Source: Candidatus Woesearchaeota archaeon (GTDB lineage: Archaea > Nanobdellota > Nanobdellia > Woesearchaeales > SKIA01). Taken from it: a stretch of DNA of 64,000 bases. How positions within the stretch are numbered: the stretch's first letter is position 1; every line of letters starts with the position of its first letter. The position numbers were made by a program, and so were the translations under genes. The notes under the pieces are model-generated. The model made no database searches. It worked only from the letters and a program-made list of their open reading frames with translations, and had not been told where the DNA came from. The DNA lies in contig JBJKRI010000005.1 in the NCBI GenBank assembly GCA_046704725.1, forward strand, positions 128,001 to 192,000. Direction: 5' to 3'. Positions 47,271-57,269 of this stretch are shown piece by piece.

Positions 47271-49019
47271 TCATTTGGAACTGCTGTAATACAGGTTCCC
47301 GCTTCCGCGCTGCTCCTTGTCCTTGACAGAGCCGGGCTTGTTCACGCGCGGACGGCCGGAATCCTCGTCGCGCCGGAACGTGATGCCCAGGTCGCGCAAG
47401 AAGATGTTCATGCCTTCCTCCATCGTGTAGGGCCCGCGCGCGTGTCCCGAGACGGCGGGCTCGCCGTCGAAGACGACGAGCTTCTCGGAGAGGTAGTCGA
47501 TGAAGAGCAGGTCGTGGTCCACGACAAGGCACGCTTTCCCCTTCGCCTCCATCATCTCGGCGATGATCTTGGACATGCGCAACCGCTGCTCGACGTCGAG
47601 GTACGCGGACGGCTCGTCTAACAAGAACAGGTCGGCGTCCTCCGCCAGTTTCTTGGCGATGACCACGCGCTGCAACTGGCCGCCCGAGAGCTCCGAGAGC
47701 ATGCGCTCGAACAACGGCTCGAGCTCCAACGGATCGATGAGTTGCGTGCGGTACTTCATGGCGTCGGAAAGATACGTCATGACGAGTTGGTCGTCCGGCG
47801 TCAGGTACTGCGGCTTGTGGCTCACCTTCAACGCGCCGGTCTTGGTTTGTCCCTCGATGCGCGCCAGTTCGTTCACGAAGGTCGTCTTTCCGATGCCGTT
47901 CTCGCCGAGCACGCCGATGACGTCGTGCGTGTTGATCGTGCCGGCGTCCGCCTCCAAGGAGAAGTCGCCCTTCTTCACCTTGAACGCGGGCCAGTCGGCG
48001 AGGAAGGTGTCGCGCTCGATCGTGGACGGCGCGCGCACCTCGAAAGTGATCTGCGAGGGACGGAAGCGCACGTTCTCCTCGGGAAGATAGCCGGAGAGGT
48101 ACACGTTGATGCCGCTCTTGGTGGTCTTGACCTGGCTGACGATGCCGTAGGCGTTCTCCTTGCCGTACATGAGGTGCACGAGATCTGTCAAGTAGTCGAG
48201 GATGATGAGGTCGTGCTCGATGACGAGGACGGACACGTCATCTTTTGCCAAGGAGCGCAGGAAGCGGCTGATCTTGATGCGCTGGGTGATATCGAGGTAG
48301 GATGTCGGTTCGTCGAAGATGTAGACGTTCGCGTCCTTGAGGACGGTGGCCGCGATGGCCACGCGCTGCAACTCCCCGCCGGAGATGTCCTTCACGTTGC
48401 GGTCGAGCACCTTGGTGAGCTCCAACGTCTCGGCGATCGAGTCGAGACGCTTGGTCTCATCCACCTTCTCGAGCAGCTCTCGCACCGTGCCCGAGAATTG
48501 CCGGGGGATGTGCTCGACCTGCTGGGGCTTGTACGCGACGGTGATCTTGCCGTCGCGCAGCTTCTCGAAATAGGCCTGGGCTTCTGTGCCCTTGAAGTAC
48601 TGCACGAGCTCGTCCCACGAGGCCTCGTGGTCGGACTTGAGGTTCGGCCTTAAGAGACCAGCGAGGATCTTGACGGCCGTGGACTTACCGATGCCGTTGC
48701 GGCCGAGGATGCCCACCACCTTGCCGGGCAGGGGCACGGGCAGGTTGAAGAGCTGGAAGCCCGACTCGCCGTAGCGATGGACGGGCTGCTCGTCGAACTC
48801 CTCGGGGAGATTGACGATGGTGATGGCGTTGGTGGGGCATTTCTTGGGGCAGATGCCGCAGCCCACGCAGAGCGACTCGACGATCTTCGCCTTCTTGTCC
48901 TCACCCTCATAGACGCACTGCTCGCCGGAACGATTGACCGGGCAGACCCGCGCGCACAGCAATCCACCGCACTTGGACTGGTTGCACTTGTCCGCCTCCA
49001 CCACAGCTATCCGCGCCAT
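47271..49019 (-). CDS. Ribosome recycling ATPase ABCE1/Rli1
   Basis: N-terminal Fe-S Cys motifs (CP; CVGCGIC..KCP), two ABC domains (GRNGIGKST, GENGIGKTT), TFRRD..SGRPR.NK.GS. Confidence 0.97.
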   Translation of the reverse strand: MARIAVVEADKCNQSKCGGLLCARVCPVNRSGEQCVYEGEDKKAKIVESLCVGCGICPKKCPTNAITIVNLPEEFDEQPVHRYGESGFQLFNLPVPLPGKVVGILGRNGIGKSTAVKILAGLLRPNLKSDHEASWDELVQYFKGTEAQAYFEKLRDGKITVAYKPQQVEHIPRQFSGTVRELLEKVDETKRLDSIAETLELTKVLDRNVKDISGGELQRVAIAATVLKDANVYIFDEPTSYLDITQRIKISRFLRSLAKDDVSVLVIEHDLIILDYLTDLVHLMYGKENAYGIVSQVKTTKSGINVYLSGYLPEENVRFRPSQITFEVRAPSTIERDTFLADWPAFKVKKGDFSLEADAGTINTHDVIGVLGENGIGKTTFVNELARIEGQTKTGALKVSHKPQYLTPDDQLVMTYLSDAMKYRTQLIDPLELEPLFERMLSELSGGQLQRVVIAKKLAEDADLFLLDEPSAYLDVEQRLRMSKIIAEMMEAKGKACLVVDHDLLFIDYLSEKLVVFDGEPAVSGHARGPYTMEEGMNIFLRDLGITFRRDEDSGRPRVNKPGSVKDKEQRGSGNLYYSSSK

Positions 49020-49113
49020 GGGTCAGCAGAACAGAAGCTGGTTTAAAAATGGTGTCGCTCGGACGTCAAGAATCATCCGGAAAGCATATAGTCAGAGGGA
49101 TGTGACGTGGCAT

Positions 49114-49944
49114 ATGGACCACGTCTGGGAGTACACGGGCGATTCGAGCAATCCTGGACTCGACTTGCTGTGCTACGGTATTGTGCACGACCGCGAACCA
49201 TCCTACGCGAGTTGCACGTATCTGACCTTGAGTCCGGATACGGTCGATGACAAGCCCCTCCAGCTCGCGGAAGGGGTCGCTCTGCCGCCTCTCGAAGAAT
49301 GGAACAGACAGCTCAAGTCGATTATGATATCGTTCAACCTTTCCAAAGGGCGCGTGAGGGAATTCCCGAACAGAATATTTCTCGGGGACTATGATTACGA
49401 TGCATCCGCCGTCAATGCGCAAAAGTCCCAAGGGACCACCTGGGCTGTGCGCATGGGACAACTTCTCCGCGGAACGACCTGTCCGCGGATGCCGTGCTTC
49501 GAGCGGCTCGAACCATTCTATACCCATATTGGTGATATGCTGCAAAGAGCGTACGGCCTACGGGTTGGTGAACGGATGGAAGAGCTTGGTGAAGAGGTCC
49601 AAGCGATGAAGGACTACATAGGTTCCCAATCCTGTCTGACGAAGTTCGAGATGCTTGAGGCCGGCGAGGTGCTCAACGAGACGAGTGTCATGCTACTGGA
49701 CTGGGAGAGCGAGGAGGCGGTCCGACGGGCAGCGTACTGGCTTGCGGCTATCGTTGTGCAGGAGCGTTTCAGCGTGCCATACATGCGTCTGGATCTCCGA
49801 AATGTGGCGCAGAGGACGCGCGGGCCACGGCCGACCGGGAGCGCGCAAGAGGTCGACCGCCTGATTGATGTCGCTGGTCGTTCACACCTGCGCGGGGTCT
49901 TGCTCGGAGAGCTGGAACAACTGAGGAAGCAGCGCTCTACTTGA
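49114..49944 (+). CDS. Hypothetical orphan protein
   Basis: 276-aa ORF with CATATA box upstream. Confidence 0.6.
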   Translation: MDHVWEYTGDSSNPGLDLLCYGIVHDREPSYASCTYLTLSPDTVDDKPLQLAEGVALPPLEEWNRQLKSIMISFNLSKGRVREFPNRIFLGDYDYDASAVNAQKSQGTTWAVRMGQLLRGTTCPRMPCFERLEPFYTHIGDMLQRAYGLRVGERMEELGEEVQAMKDYIGSQSCLTKFEMLEAGEVLNETSVMLLDWESEEAVRRAAYWLAAIVVQERFSVPYMRLDLRNVAQRTRGPRPTGSAQEVDRLIDVAGRSHLRGVLLGELEQLRKQRST

Positions 49945-50299
49945 GTTCGGGAAGCACGTATTTCTTGCGCTGCCAGAAAGCGACGACGAGCACTTCCATG
50001 CGCTTGACCAAGACGCCTGCAGGGCCCCATACCAATGGCAGCCAGATGAAGGCGACGGGCATGTTCTGGGGCTGCTTCACGCTTCCGACGAGCGACCAGG
50101 CCGTGAACAACGTCCCGACGAGCGCGCCGACGATATAGGACAATCCGGTGGAGGCGTACGGCCAGAACCAGACGGACAGCCCGAGCGGGAGCAGCAAGAG
50201 CAAGGCGAGGAAGTACGGCACTTGCCACAGGAACGCGACGAGGAATACTGTGAGGAAGAGCACGAGCACCATCCGACCGATCTCCCGCGGAAAACCCAT
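49937..50299 (-). CDS. Hypothetical membrane protein
   Basis: Four hydrophobic segments, WLPLVWG; TTATAAA box upstream. Confidence 0.7.
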   Translation of the reverse strand: MGFPREIGRMVLVLFLTVFLVAFLWQVPYFLALLLLLPLGLSVWFWPYASTGLSYIVGALVGTLFTAWSLVGSVKQPQNMPVAFIWLPLVWGPAGVLVKRMEVLVVAFWQRKKYVLPELK

Positions 50300-50397
50300 G
50301 GCTCCGCGGTACTGAATCTCCTTTATAACGATTTTCTGCGAGAAGACACCACTCGCGAGTGCGACAAAGATATATAGCAGTGTTCCCGCGCGGTGCT

Positions 50398-50574
50398 ATG
50401 GCGTTCCAGAAGTACGTGGCTGCACTCGGGGTCATCGCGCTATCCGCGGGTGCGACCGTCTCAACCGTGCCGCAGCCTGATAGAGCTAACAGAGAACCTG
50501 TCCCGTACACGGCTCCGGCCCCCGCCGATTCCGGCGGACCCGTTCCTGAGATGCGTACCGCGAGCGATTCCTGA
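50398..50574 (+). CDS. Small secreted protein
   Basis: Signal-peptide-like N-terminus; TATATA box about 25 nt upstream. Confidence 0.45.
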   Translation: MAFQKYVAALGVIALSAGATVSTVPQPDRANREPVPYTAPAPADSGGPVPEMRTASDS

Positions 50575-50628
50575 CAGGCAATCTACGTGAACATCCTCAC
50601 ACGGGGAACACGCGCACGTTGCGATTCC

Positions 50629-51210
50629 ATGGATTTCTCCTTCCGGGGCGTCAGCATCCCGAACATCAAGGGACTCATCGTCGCGGAGGCGCGAGATGAC
50701 TGGGGACGGCCGACGTTGGTACTCGGGTCCGAAGACAAGAAGAATCTCGTGCTCTACGCCGACAAGGGCGCCGACGGGGTGCCCGATGCCGTCGTGGTCT
50801 TGCGCGGCGGCCCGCGCGCCATCGGTCCATATATCAGGGCGCAATGCGCGCTCTTGCGTGGGGAGTATCTCAACGTGCCTGAAGTGGACGTCCCGGAGTG
50901 GATGGGGAGATACAAGATTGTCTATGCGGACCTACACGGAATGACCACGCTCGAGAGGAATCTCTTCGGCGCCATGTTCCGCGTCGCCTACAATAGCCTC
51001 GTCCTCCCGTCAGTGGACACAAAGACCCTCTCCGGCAAACCATTAAAACAGCGCGCGCCATCCAAGGGCCGTGGAACAGGGATTCATCCTCTATCCGACA
51101 TACCAGGCCACGGCGGACGGCGCGACCGTACAGCTCACCGGCCGACTGGAGAACGGCGCGACCTTCCGCGCGGACATCAAGCAAATCCCGTACTTCTTCA
51201 TCGCCGCTAG
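50629..51210 (+). CDS. Hypothetical protein; 3' end overlaps polB
   Basis: Protein-like up to about 51040, then reads through into polB in another frame. Confidence 0.4.
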   Translation: MDFSFRGVSIPNIKGLIVAEARDDWGRPTLVLGSEDKKNLVLYADKGADGVPDAVVVLRGGPRAIGPYIRAQCALLRGEYLNVPEVDVPEWMGRYKIVYADLHGMTTLERNLFGAMFRVAYNSLVLPSVDTKTLSGKPLKQRAPSKGRGTGIHPLSDIPGHGGRRDRTAHRPTGERRDLPRGHQANPVLLHRR

Positions 51211-53380
51211 CGACGCTGAACGCGCGAAAGAGCTCACGGAGCTCGCGCTCGAGGAAACGAAACTCACGACGCTCGATGGAGCGCCCGTCAAGAAAGTCAC
51301 TGTCCGCATCCCCAAGGACGTGCCGCCGTTGCGAAAGCAGCTCGAGGACGGGGGGATCCCCTGCTACGAGGCGGACATCCGATTCTCGTACCGCTATCTC
51401 ATCGACAACGGACTGACGGCGAGCATCGGCATCGACGGTCAGTACGAGAAGGGCGTGCACGTGGACCGCATCTACAAAGAACCGAGGATCGTCCGGGGAG
51501 ACTGGAAAGGAGAACTGTCTGTACTGTCGTTCGACATCGAGACCGACAGGAAGAGCAAGGAGCTGTGGTGCGTGTCGCTCGTGTGCGGCAAGCGCACCGA
51601 ACGGCTCATCGTCGGGAAAGAAGTGAAGGACGCGACGAGTTGCAAGACAGAGAAGGAACTGCTCGAGCGGCTGACCGCGCTTGTGAAGGAGATCGACCCG
51701 GATATCATCACGGGATGGAACGTCATCGACTTCGACCTGCAGGTGCTCGAGAAGCTATACGCGAAGTACGGACTGCCGTTCGCGTGGGCGCGCTCGGACC
51801 GGCCGTGCAAGCTGCGCGTGCAGAAAAGCTATATGCGCGACAGCAGGGCGGACATCCCGGGACGCATGGTGCTCGACGGACTGTCGCTCTTGCGCACGAG
51901 CTTCATCAAGCTCGATTCGTACACCCTGGAGAGCGTCGCCGAAGAGGTATTGGGCGACGGGAAGATCTTCAAGGGGAAGGACCGGCACCGGGACATCCAA
52001 GCGGCGTACAAGGACGACCCCGCATTGCTGCTCGACTACAACGAGAAGGACGCGCGGCTCGTGCTGGACATCCTCGACAAGAGCGGGGCGCTCGCGCTCA
52101 CCATCAAGCGCTCCCTGCTGACAGGCATGCAGCTCGACCGCGTGAAAGCGAGCATCGCCTCACTTGACATGCTGTATTTGCCGCGACTGCGCAAGCGTGG
52201 CCATGTCGCGCCGACGAGCGGCTATGTCACCAAAGAGGAGCGCATCACCGGCGGCTTTGTCATGTCATCGAAACCAGGGGTGTTCGATTACGTCATCGTC
52301 TGCGACTTCAAGAGCCTGTACCCGAGCATCATGCGCACGCTCAATATCGATCCGCTCGCCTATCAGCCAGCGAAGAAGCAGGAGAAGAGCAGCGCGAAGT
52401 TCGTCGTCGCCGAGAATGGCGCCGTCTTCAGTCAGGAAGCGGGCATCCTGCCGGATATCCTCGCGGAGTTATGGGCGGAACGCGACAAGGCGCGCGCGGA
52501 AAAAGACGAATTGCGCCGGTACGCCATCAAGATACTGATGAACAGCTTCTTCGGGGTGCTCGCGAGCCCGAACTGCCGCTTCTTCTCGCTCGACATGGCC
52601 AACGCCATCACCAAGACCGGACAGCACCTCATCAAGACCACCGCAGAGCATATCCGGGAGCAGGGATACGAGGTCATCTACGGTGACACGGACAGCCTAT
52701 TTATAGACTTGAAGATAGATGATGAAAAACAAGCTTCCGAGATAGGGAAAACAATCGAGAAGGATGTCAATGCCTTCCTCAAGACATATGTCGAGGATCG
52801 CTACAAACGACCGTCATTCCTGGAGCTCGAGTACGAGAAGACCTACGTGCGCTTCCTCATGCCCAAGACGCGCAGCGGCGAGGGGAGCAAGAAGCGCTAC
52901 GCCGGACTGCTCGTCAAGGACGGCAAGGAGGACATCGACTTCACCGGATTGGAGTTCGTGCGACGCGATTGGACCGATCTTGCCAAGGACTTCCAGCTGG
53001 GGATATTGGACCGGGTCTTCCACAGGAGGGACCCTGCGCCGTTCATCCGCAGTTTCGTCGAGGAGGTGCGAGCGGGAAAGCACGATGACCTGCTCGTCTA
53101 CCGCAAGGCATTGCGCAAGAGCGTCGAGGAGTACACGAAGACCACGCCGCCGCACGTGAAGGCCGCGAAGCTCCTCGACGAGATACGCAGCAACATCATC
53201 GAGTACGTGCAGACCGTGGACGGTCCCGAGCCATTGGGAAAAGTGACGCACAGCATCGACTACGAGCACTATATCGACAAGCAGCTCAAGCCCATCGCGG
53301 ACAGCATCCTCGTGTTCTACAAGACGAGCTTCGCGGACGTGCTCTTAGGAACGACACAGAAAGGGCTGTTCGAATTCTAG
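51071..53380 (+). CDS. polB: Family B DNA polymerase (Pol II-like), catalytically intact
   Basis: Exo motifs FDIET, GWN..DFD, YN.KD; Pol motifs DFKSLYPS, K..MNSFFG, YGDTDS, KKRYAG. Confidence 0.96.
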   Translation: MEQGFILYPTYQATADGATVQLTGRLENGATFRADIKQIPYFFIAASDAERAKELTELALEETKLTTLDGAPVKKVTVRIPKDVPPLRKQLEDGGIPCYEADIRFSYRYLIDNGLTASIGIDGQYEKGVHVDRIYKEPRIVRGDWKGELSVLSFDIETDRKSKELWCVSLVCGKRTERLIVGKEVKDATSCKTEKELLERLTALVKEIDPDIITGWNVIDFDLQVLEKLYAKYGLPFAWARSDRPCKLRVQKSYMRDSRADIPGRMVLDGLSLLRTSFIKLDSYTLESVAEEVLGDGKIFKGKDRHRDIQAAYKDDPALLLDYNEKDARLVLDILDKSGALALTIKRSLLTGMQLDRVKASIASLDMLYLPRLRKRGHVAPTSGYVTKEERITGGFVMSSKPGVFDYVIVCDFKSLYPSIMRTLNIDPLAYQPAKKQEKSSAKFVVAENGAVFSQEAGILPDILAELWAERDKARAEKDELRRYAIKILMNSFFGVLASPNCRFFSLDMANAITKTGQHLIKTTAEHIREQGYEVIYGDTDSLFIDLKIDDEKQASEIGKTIEKDVNAFLKTYVEDRYKRPSFLELEYEKTYVRFLMPKTRSGEGSKKRYAGLLVKDGKEDIDFTGLEFVRRDWTDLAKDFQLGILDRVFHRRDPAPFIRSFVEEVRAGKHDDLLVYRKALRKSVEEYTKTTPPHVKAAKLLDEIRSNIIEYVQTVDGPEPLGKVTHSIDYEHYIDKQLKPIADSILVFYKTSFADVLLGTTQKGLFEF

Positions 53381-53628
53381 ACGCCGAGGATGGCGAGCTG
53401 CTTGACGGGGACGTCGAGCAGGTCGCCGGTGTTCGTGTCGCGCTCCCAGAAACGCACATGGGAATCCTCGAGCATAAGCAGGAAGCGCGGGTTCTCGGGG
53501 GAATCGCCGATGCGGTTGAGCTCCAAGAGCAGGTCCTCATCCTGGCGCACGCCCAGTATCTCGTAGCGCTCGCCGTTGATGGCGAGCACGTCGTTGCGGT
53601 CGAGTTGGGCAAGGCGCGAACTAATCAT
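53377..53628 (-). CDS. Small hypothetical protein
   Basis: 83-aa beta-rich ORF; stop overlaps polB stop. Confidence 0.6.
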   Translation of the reverse strand: MISSRLAQLDRNDVLAINGERYEILGVRQDEDLLLELNRIGDSPENPRFLLMLEDSHVRFWERDTNTGDLLDVPVKQLAILGV

Positions 53629-53673
53629 GGGTAGGCGCAAGTGCTCATCGAATAAATACCCTATGCAAAAAGC

Positions 53674-53946
53674 TCAGATGCGCTCGAGAAAGCCCGCTGC
53701 GGGCTTTCGCACCATGTGGTCTCGTTCGAGCTCGTCGATGAGCTGCAATGCCTCACGCTCTGGGATTCCGTTCAAGGAGGCCTCGATGAGCACAGCCTCT
53801 GTCTGGGCGCGTTTCCTGCCGTTCTCGGTGAGGTCGTTGATGATATTGAGGATGTCGATCTTGCGGTCGACGCGCTGCTCCTGCATCAATCGCTGGCTCA
53901 TGGCCTGCTGGATGCGGAGAATCTCCTCGAAGTCTTCTCGTGCCAT
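53674..53946 (-). CDS. Stand-alone winged-helix protein resembling the MCM C-terminal domain
   Basis: IL.II..L......E.V..EA...GI.E......I..L......P..G...RI. Confidence 0.7.
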   Translation of the reverse strand: MAREDFEEILRIQQAMSQRLMQEQRVDRKIDILNIINDLTENGRKRAQTEAVLIEASLNGIPEREALQLIDELERDHMVRKPAAGFLERI

Positions 53947-54070
53947 TCATAGAGACAGTCAGACTGCCTACCCCCAACACCAGTATACCTGAACGTATAT
54001 TTATATGGTTCGGTCCTCCCACCGTCCACGCGCCCGCAAGGCTTTTGAATTGCGTAGGGTCGGGATCCGT

Positions 54071-54820
54071 GTGCTGCAAAACACCTTCTGCCACCTGCCG
54101 CGTCTCGGAGAGACGAGCGAGCAGCGGCTGTGGAGCGCGGGCATCCTGACCTGGAAGGACTTCCTGGAGGCGCAGAGCGTGCCCCGCATCAGCGACGCGA
54201 AAAAACCCTGGTTCGATAGGCAGTTGCGCCTCGCGCAGAAAGCGGTGTTCGACGGGGACAGCGCGTTCTTCACGTGCCTTCCCTCCACGCAAGCGTGGCG
54301 CTTGTGGGAGGAGTTCGGGAATGAAGCGGCGTTCGTCGACATCGAGACGAACTACCGGCAGAACATCACCGTGCTCGGCATCGCCGACGCAGAAGGGAAC
54401 GTGTACCAATTCGTGCGCCACCACAACCTCGACGGAAGAGCGGTGCGCGACTTGTTGAGGCAATACAAGCTGCTCGTGACGTTCAACGGAGCGTCGTTCG
54501 ATCTGCCGATCATCCGCCAGTACTTCAACGGCGTGCTGCCCGACGTGCCGCACATCGACCTGCGCTGGGCCGCCCAGCGCGCCGGATACACAGGCGGGCT
54601 CAAACGCGTGGAGAAAGCGCTGGGCATCGGGCGCGACGAGGAGGTCGAAGGCGTGACCGGAGCGGACGCGTTGCAGCTGTGGGCCGCGTACCGTAACACG
54701 GGAAACGAGACCTTCAGGGACCTGCTCTTGGAGTACAACGCCGCCGATATCGTCAATCTCAAGCCGCTCGCGGATATCGTGTACGACAAGCTGCGAAAGC
54801 AATTGCTCGGCGCGCGCTGA
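54071..54820 (+). CDS. YprB/RNase H-like DEDD exonuclease
   Basis: FVDIET, VTFNG..FDLP, HIDL, GGLK.VE..LGI.R, LL.YN..D. Confidence 0.9.
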   Translation: MLQNTFCHLPRLGETSEQRLWSAGILTWKDFLEAQSVPRISDAKKPWFDRQLRLAQKAVFDGDSAFFTCLPSTQAWRLWEEFGNEAAFVDIETNYRQNITVLGIADAEGNVYQFVRHHNLDGRAVRDLLRQYKLLVTFNGASFDLPIIRQYFNGVLPDVPHIDLRWAAQRAGYTGGLKRVEKALGIGRDEEVEGVTGADALQLWAAYRNTGNETFRDLLLEYNAADIVNLKPLADIVYDKLRKQLLGAR

Positions 54821-54868
54821 ACCGCAACGCGAGGAAATCCTTAAAAAGCGATTCGCCATAAGGAGCGC

Positions 54869-55180
54869 ATGCCGAAGAAGACCTCGAAGCGCCCGAAACG
54901 CAGTCCCGCGGCCGAGAAAGCGCGCGCGAAAGTGAACAGTGCGGCTCGCAAGGCACGCGCCGCCATCGACAAGGCGGATATCGCCGCGCAAAAAGCGCAG
55001 CGCCGAGCGAAATTCGCCAAGACGAAATCGCAGTACAAGGCGGGCGACGCGAAGGATAAGCTGACTGGAAAGGCCGAGCACGTCGAGGCGTGGATCAGGG
55101 AGCATCCAGGCAAAGCCATCGCTATCGCGGTGGGAGCCGCCTGGCTGCTCGGGAAGATCGCCGGCAGGAGGAAACACTGA
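54869..55180 (+). CDS. YqjD/ElaB (DUF883)-like tail-anchored protein
   Basis: Basic helical N-terminus, E..IREHP.KAI.IA.GA..LLG.....R. Confidence 0.75.
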   Translation: MPKKTSKRPKRSPAAEKARAKVNSAARKARAAIDKADIAAQKAQRRAKFAKTKSQYKAGDAKDKLTGKAEHVEAWIREHPGKAIAIAVGAAWLLGKIAGRRKH

Positions 55181-55461
55181 TGGGGACATTCTCCGACATA
55201 TTCAAGACGATAGGGACGTACTTCACCGGAGAGGCGCTGATGGACGTGGTGGACAACGTGCAGGACCGCGTCGAGCAGACCACACGCAAGGTCATCAAGA
55301 GCGCCGCGCTGTTCGTGCTGTTCGTGGTCGGGCTCTTGTTCGTGCTCATCGGCCTCTCGCAATGGGTGGAGACGAACTGGCACTTTGCGCACGGCGTCGG
55401 ACTATTGCTCGTGGGCGGTATCATCGTCTTCCTCGCTTTCGTCATCAAAGCCTTCCGATGA
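55180..55461 (+). CDS. YqjE/holin-like two-TM membrane protein
   Basis: TGATG coupling; two TM helices; follows the YqjD-like gene. Confidence 0.65.
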   Translation: MGTFSDIFKTIGTYFTGEALMDVVDNVQDRVEQTTRKVIKSAALFVLFVVGLLFVLIGLSQWVETNWHFAHGVGLLLVGGIIVFLAFVIKAFR

Positions 55462-55913
55462 AGACGATCTTTCAGGCGCTCACGCTCAATCCCGTCTGGC
55501 GCTACCAGCACCACGTGGACTACCTGCGAAAGCACATCGAGATAACAGACGACGAGGACAAGGAGAGCTTCACGCACATCTCATCGGCGTTTGACAAGAG
55601 CGCACGCGCCGTGCGCGCGTACCAACGCATACGCCTGGTCCTGTTCGTTCTCTTGTACCTGACAGCGGGAACGGCAATCGTGCAGAGCCTGTCCCCCGCG
55701 CTCGCGCAGGCGTTGCGACCGCTGCAATTGCTCGTCGCATGGTTCGGCGTGGGAGCGCTATCGGTATTGGTGCTCGTCTTCACCAAGCTCGTGAACGCCG
55801 CGCTCACGGACGTGGAGATCGCGCACACGCACCTGGTCGCGCTCGCCGTCAAGCACAGCGACTTCGTGGCACGGCCGAAGGTGCGCGCGGGACTGTACAC
55901 GCGCTACGGATGA
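55458..55913 (+). CDS. Hypothetical two-TM membrane protein
   Basis: ATGA coupling; two TM helices. Confidence 0.65.
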   Translation: MKTIFQALTLNPVWRYQHHVDYLRKHIEITDDEDKESFTHISSAFDKSARAVRAYQRIRLVLFVLLYLTAGTAIVQSLSPALAQALRPLQLLVAWFGVGALSVLVLVFTKLVNAALTDVEIAHTHLVALAVKHSDFVARPKVRAGLYTRYG

Positions 55914-55953
55914 ACGGAACGTTTATATCCGTCGGATTTCGTTTCTCGCAGTA

Positions 55954-56511
55954 ATGAGCACCGCAGTCATCGTCGGCATCGTCGTGGTCCTTGCCATCAT
56001 CATCGCGTATATCATCACGATTTTCAACGGATTGATCACGCTCAAGAACAATATCAGCAAGAGCTCGGCGAACATCGACGTTTTGCTCAAGCAGCGCAAC
56101 GACGAGGTGCCGAACCTCGTGGCGACCGTCAAGGGCTATGCCAAGCACGAGAAAGAGGTGCTCGAGAACATCACGAAAGCGCGAACCGCGATGCTCCAAG
56201 CGTCGGGGATGGCGCAGAAAGCGGCGGCGAACGAGCAGCTCAGCGGCATGCTCAAATCATTGTTCGCGGTCGCGGAGAACTACCCGCAGCTCAAGGCGAA
56301 CGAGAACTTCCTCGCCCTGCAGAAACGCATCAGCCAGATCGAGGACATGATAGCGGACCGGCGTGAGTTCTACAACGACAGCGTGACCAACTACAACATC
56401 CGTATCAAGCAGTTCCCCGACGTGATCGTGGCGAACATGATGCACTCAAAGAAGCAACCGTTGTTCAAAGCGACCGAAGCGGAGCGGCAAGTTGTGAAGG
56501 TGGACGCGTGA
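55954..56511 (+). CDS. lemA: LemA family protein
   Basis: IDV.LKQR.D..PNLV.TVKGYA.HE, AVAENYPQLKANENFL.LQ, R.FYN..V..YN..I..FP. Confidence 0.95.
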   Translation: MSTAVIVGIVVVLAIIIAYIITIFNGLITLKNNISKSSANIDVLLKQRNDEVPNLVATVKGYAKHEKEVLENITKARTAMLQASGMAQKAAANEQLSGMLKSLFAVAENYPQLKANENFLALQKRISQIEDMIADRREFYNDSVTNYNIRIKQFPDVIVANMMHSKKQPLFKATEAERQVVKVDA

Positions 56512-57185
56512 CGCTCGCCGTCACCATCATCGTGCTACTCATCGGGGCGGTCTGCCTTCTCGTGGGGTTCTCGCAACTGCGCAAGCGGCGCGTGATACAG
56601 AACATCCCGACGAGCAAGATACGCAGTGCCGCGATGGGCCAGGTGGAGGTGAAGGGCACCGTCCACTCCAGCGAGACGTACACCGCACCGCTCAGCGGGG
56701 ATCCATGCGTATGGTATCGCCTGATCACCCGACAGTACTATCCCGACGGCAAGGGCGGAGGCACATGGAGGGAGACAGGACGCGAGGAGAAGGGTCGATA
56801 CCTGTATCTCCAGGACGAGACGGGAACTTGTCTGCTCGACCTCCAGGGCGCTGACATCGAGGTCGCCCTTCACAAGGACACGCAACCGCGCAACAACGGA
56901 CTGCAGATGGGCGTGATGGTGCATGTCGGCTCGAAGCGGATACGGAAAGAGGAGTACATCATCACAGAGGGAGAGCGGCTCTACACCCTCGCGAACGCCG
57001 CTCCCAACGAGGACGCCCAGACGAAAGAGGCCGCGCCGTTGCGGCTCGGGAAAGGGGCTGCGTTCTTCACGGTCAGCGACAAGTCGGAGAAGAAGCTCAC
57101 GCGGAACCTCCTCGTGTCGTCCCTCGTGTTCACGCTCATCGGAGCGGCACTGCTCATCTACGGCATAGTGACTGCGCTCGCATAA
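56508..57185 (+). CDS. GIDE-domain membrane protein
   Basis: TM, PTSKIRS..MG.VEVKG, APLSG..CVWY, DETG, E..I..G..LY, SDKSE, C-terminal TM. Confidence 0.8.
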   Translation: MTLAVTIIVLLIGAVCLLVGFSQLRKRRVIQNIPTSKIRSAAMGQVEVKGTVHSSETYTAPLSGDPCVWYRLITRQYYPDGKGGGTWRETGREEKGRYLYLQDETGTCLLDLQGADIEVALHKDTQPRNNGLQMGVMVHVGSKRIRKEEYIITEGERLYTLANAAPNEDAQTKEAAPLRLGKGAAFFTVSDKSEKKLTRNLLVSSLVFTLIGAALLIYGIVTALA

Positions 57186-57269
57186 CCGCGGAAATCTTTA
57201 TGAAGGACCGGATACCTGTCCGATGATGCTTCATGCGGGCATCTGCCGTGCATCATCGAGGATAGGCCG

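Noticed and set aside
788-48653. Many long antisense or alternate-frame ORFs (e.g. 788-2545, 4815-6530, 7439-8914, 23319-24980, 27884-29149, 29723-31180, 33446-35152)
   Set aside because: Shadow ORFs of high-GC coding genes; they overlap well-supported genes and have Arg/Ala/Pro-rich composition without motifs.
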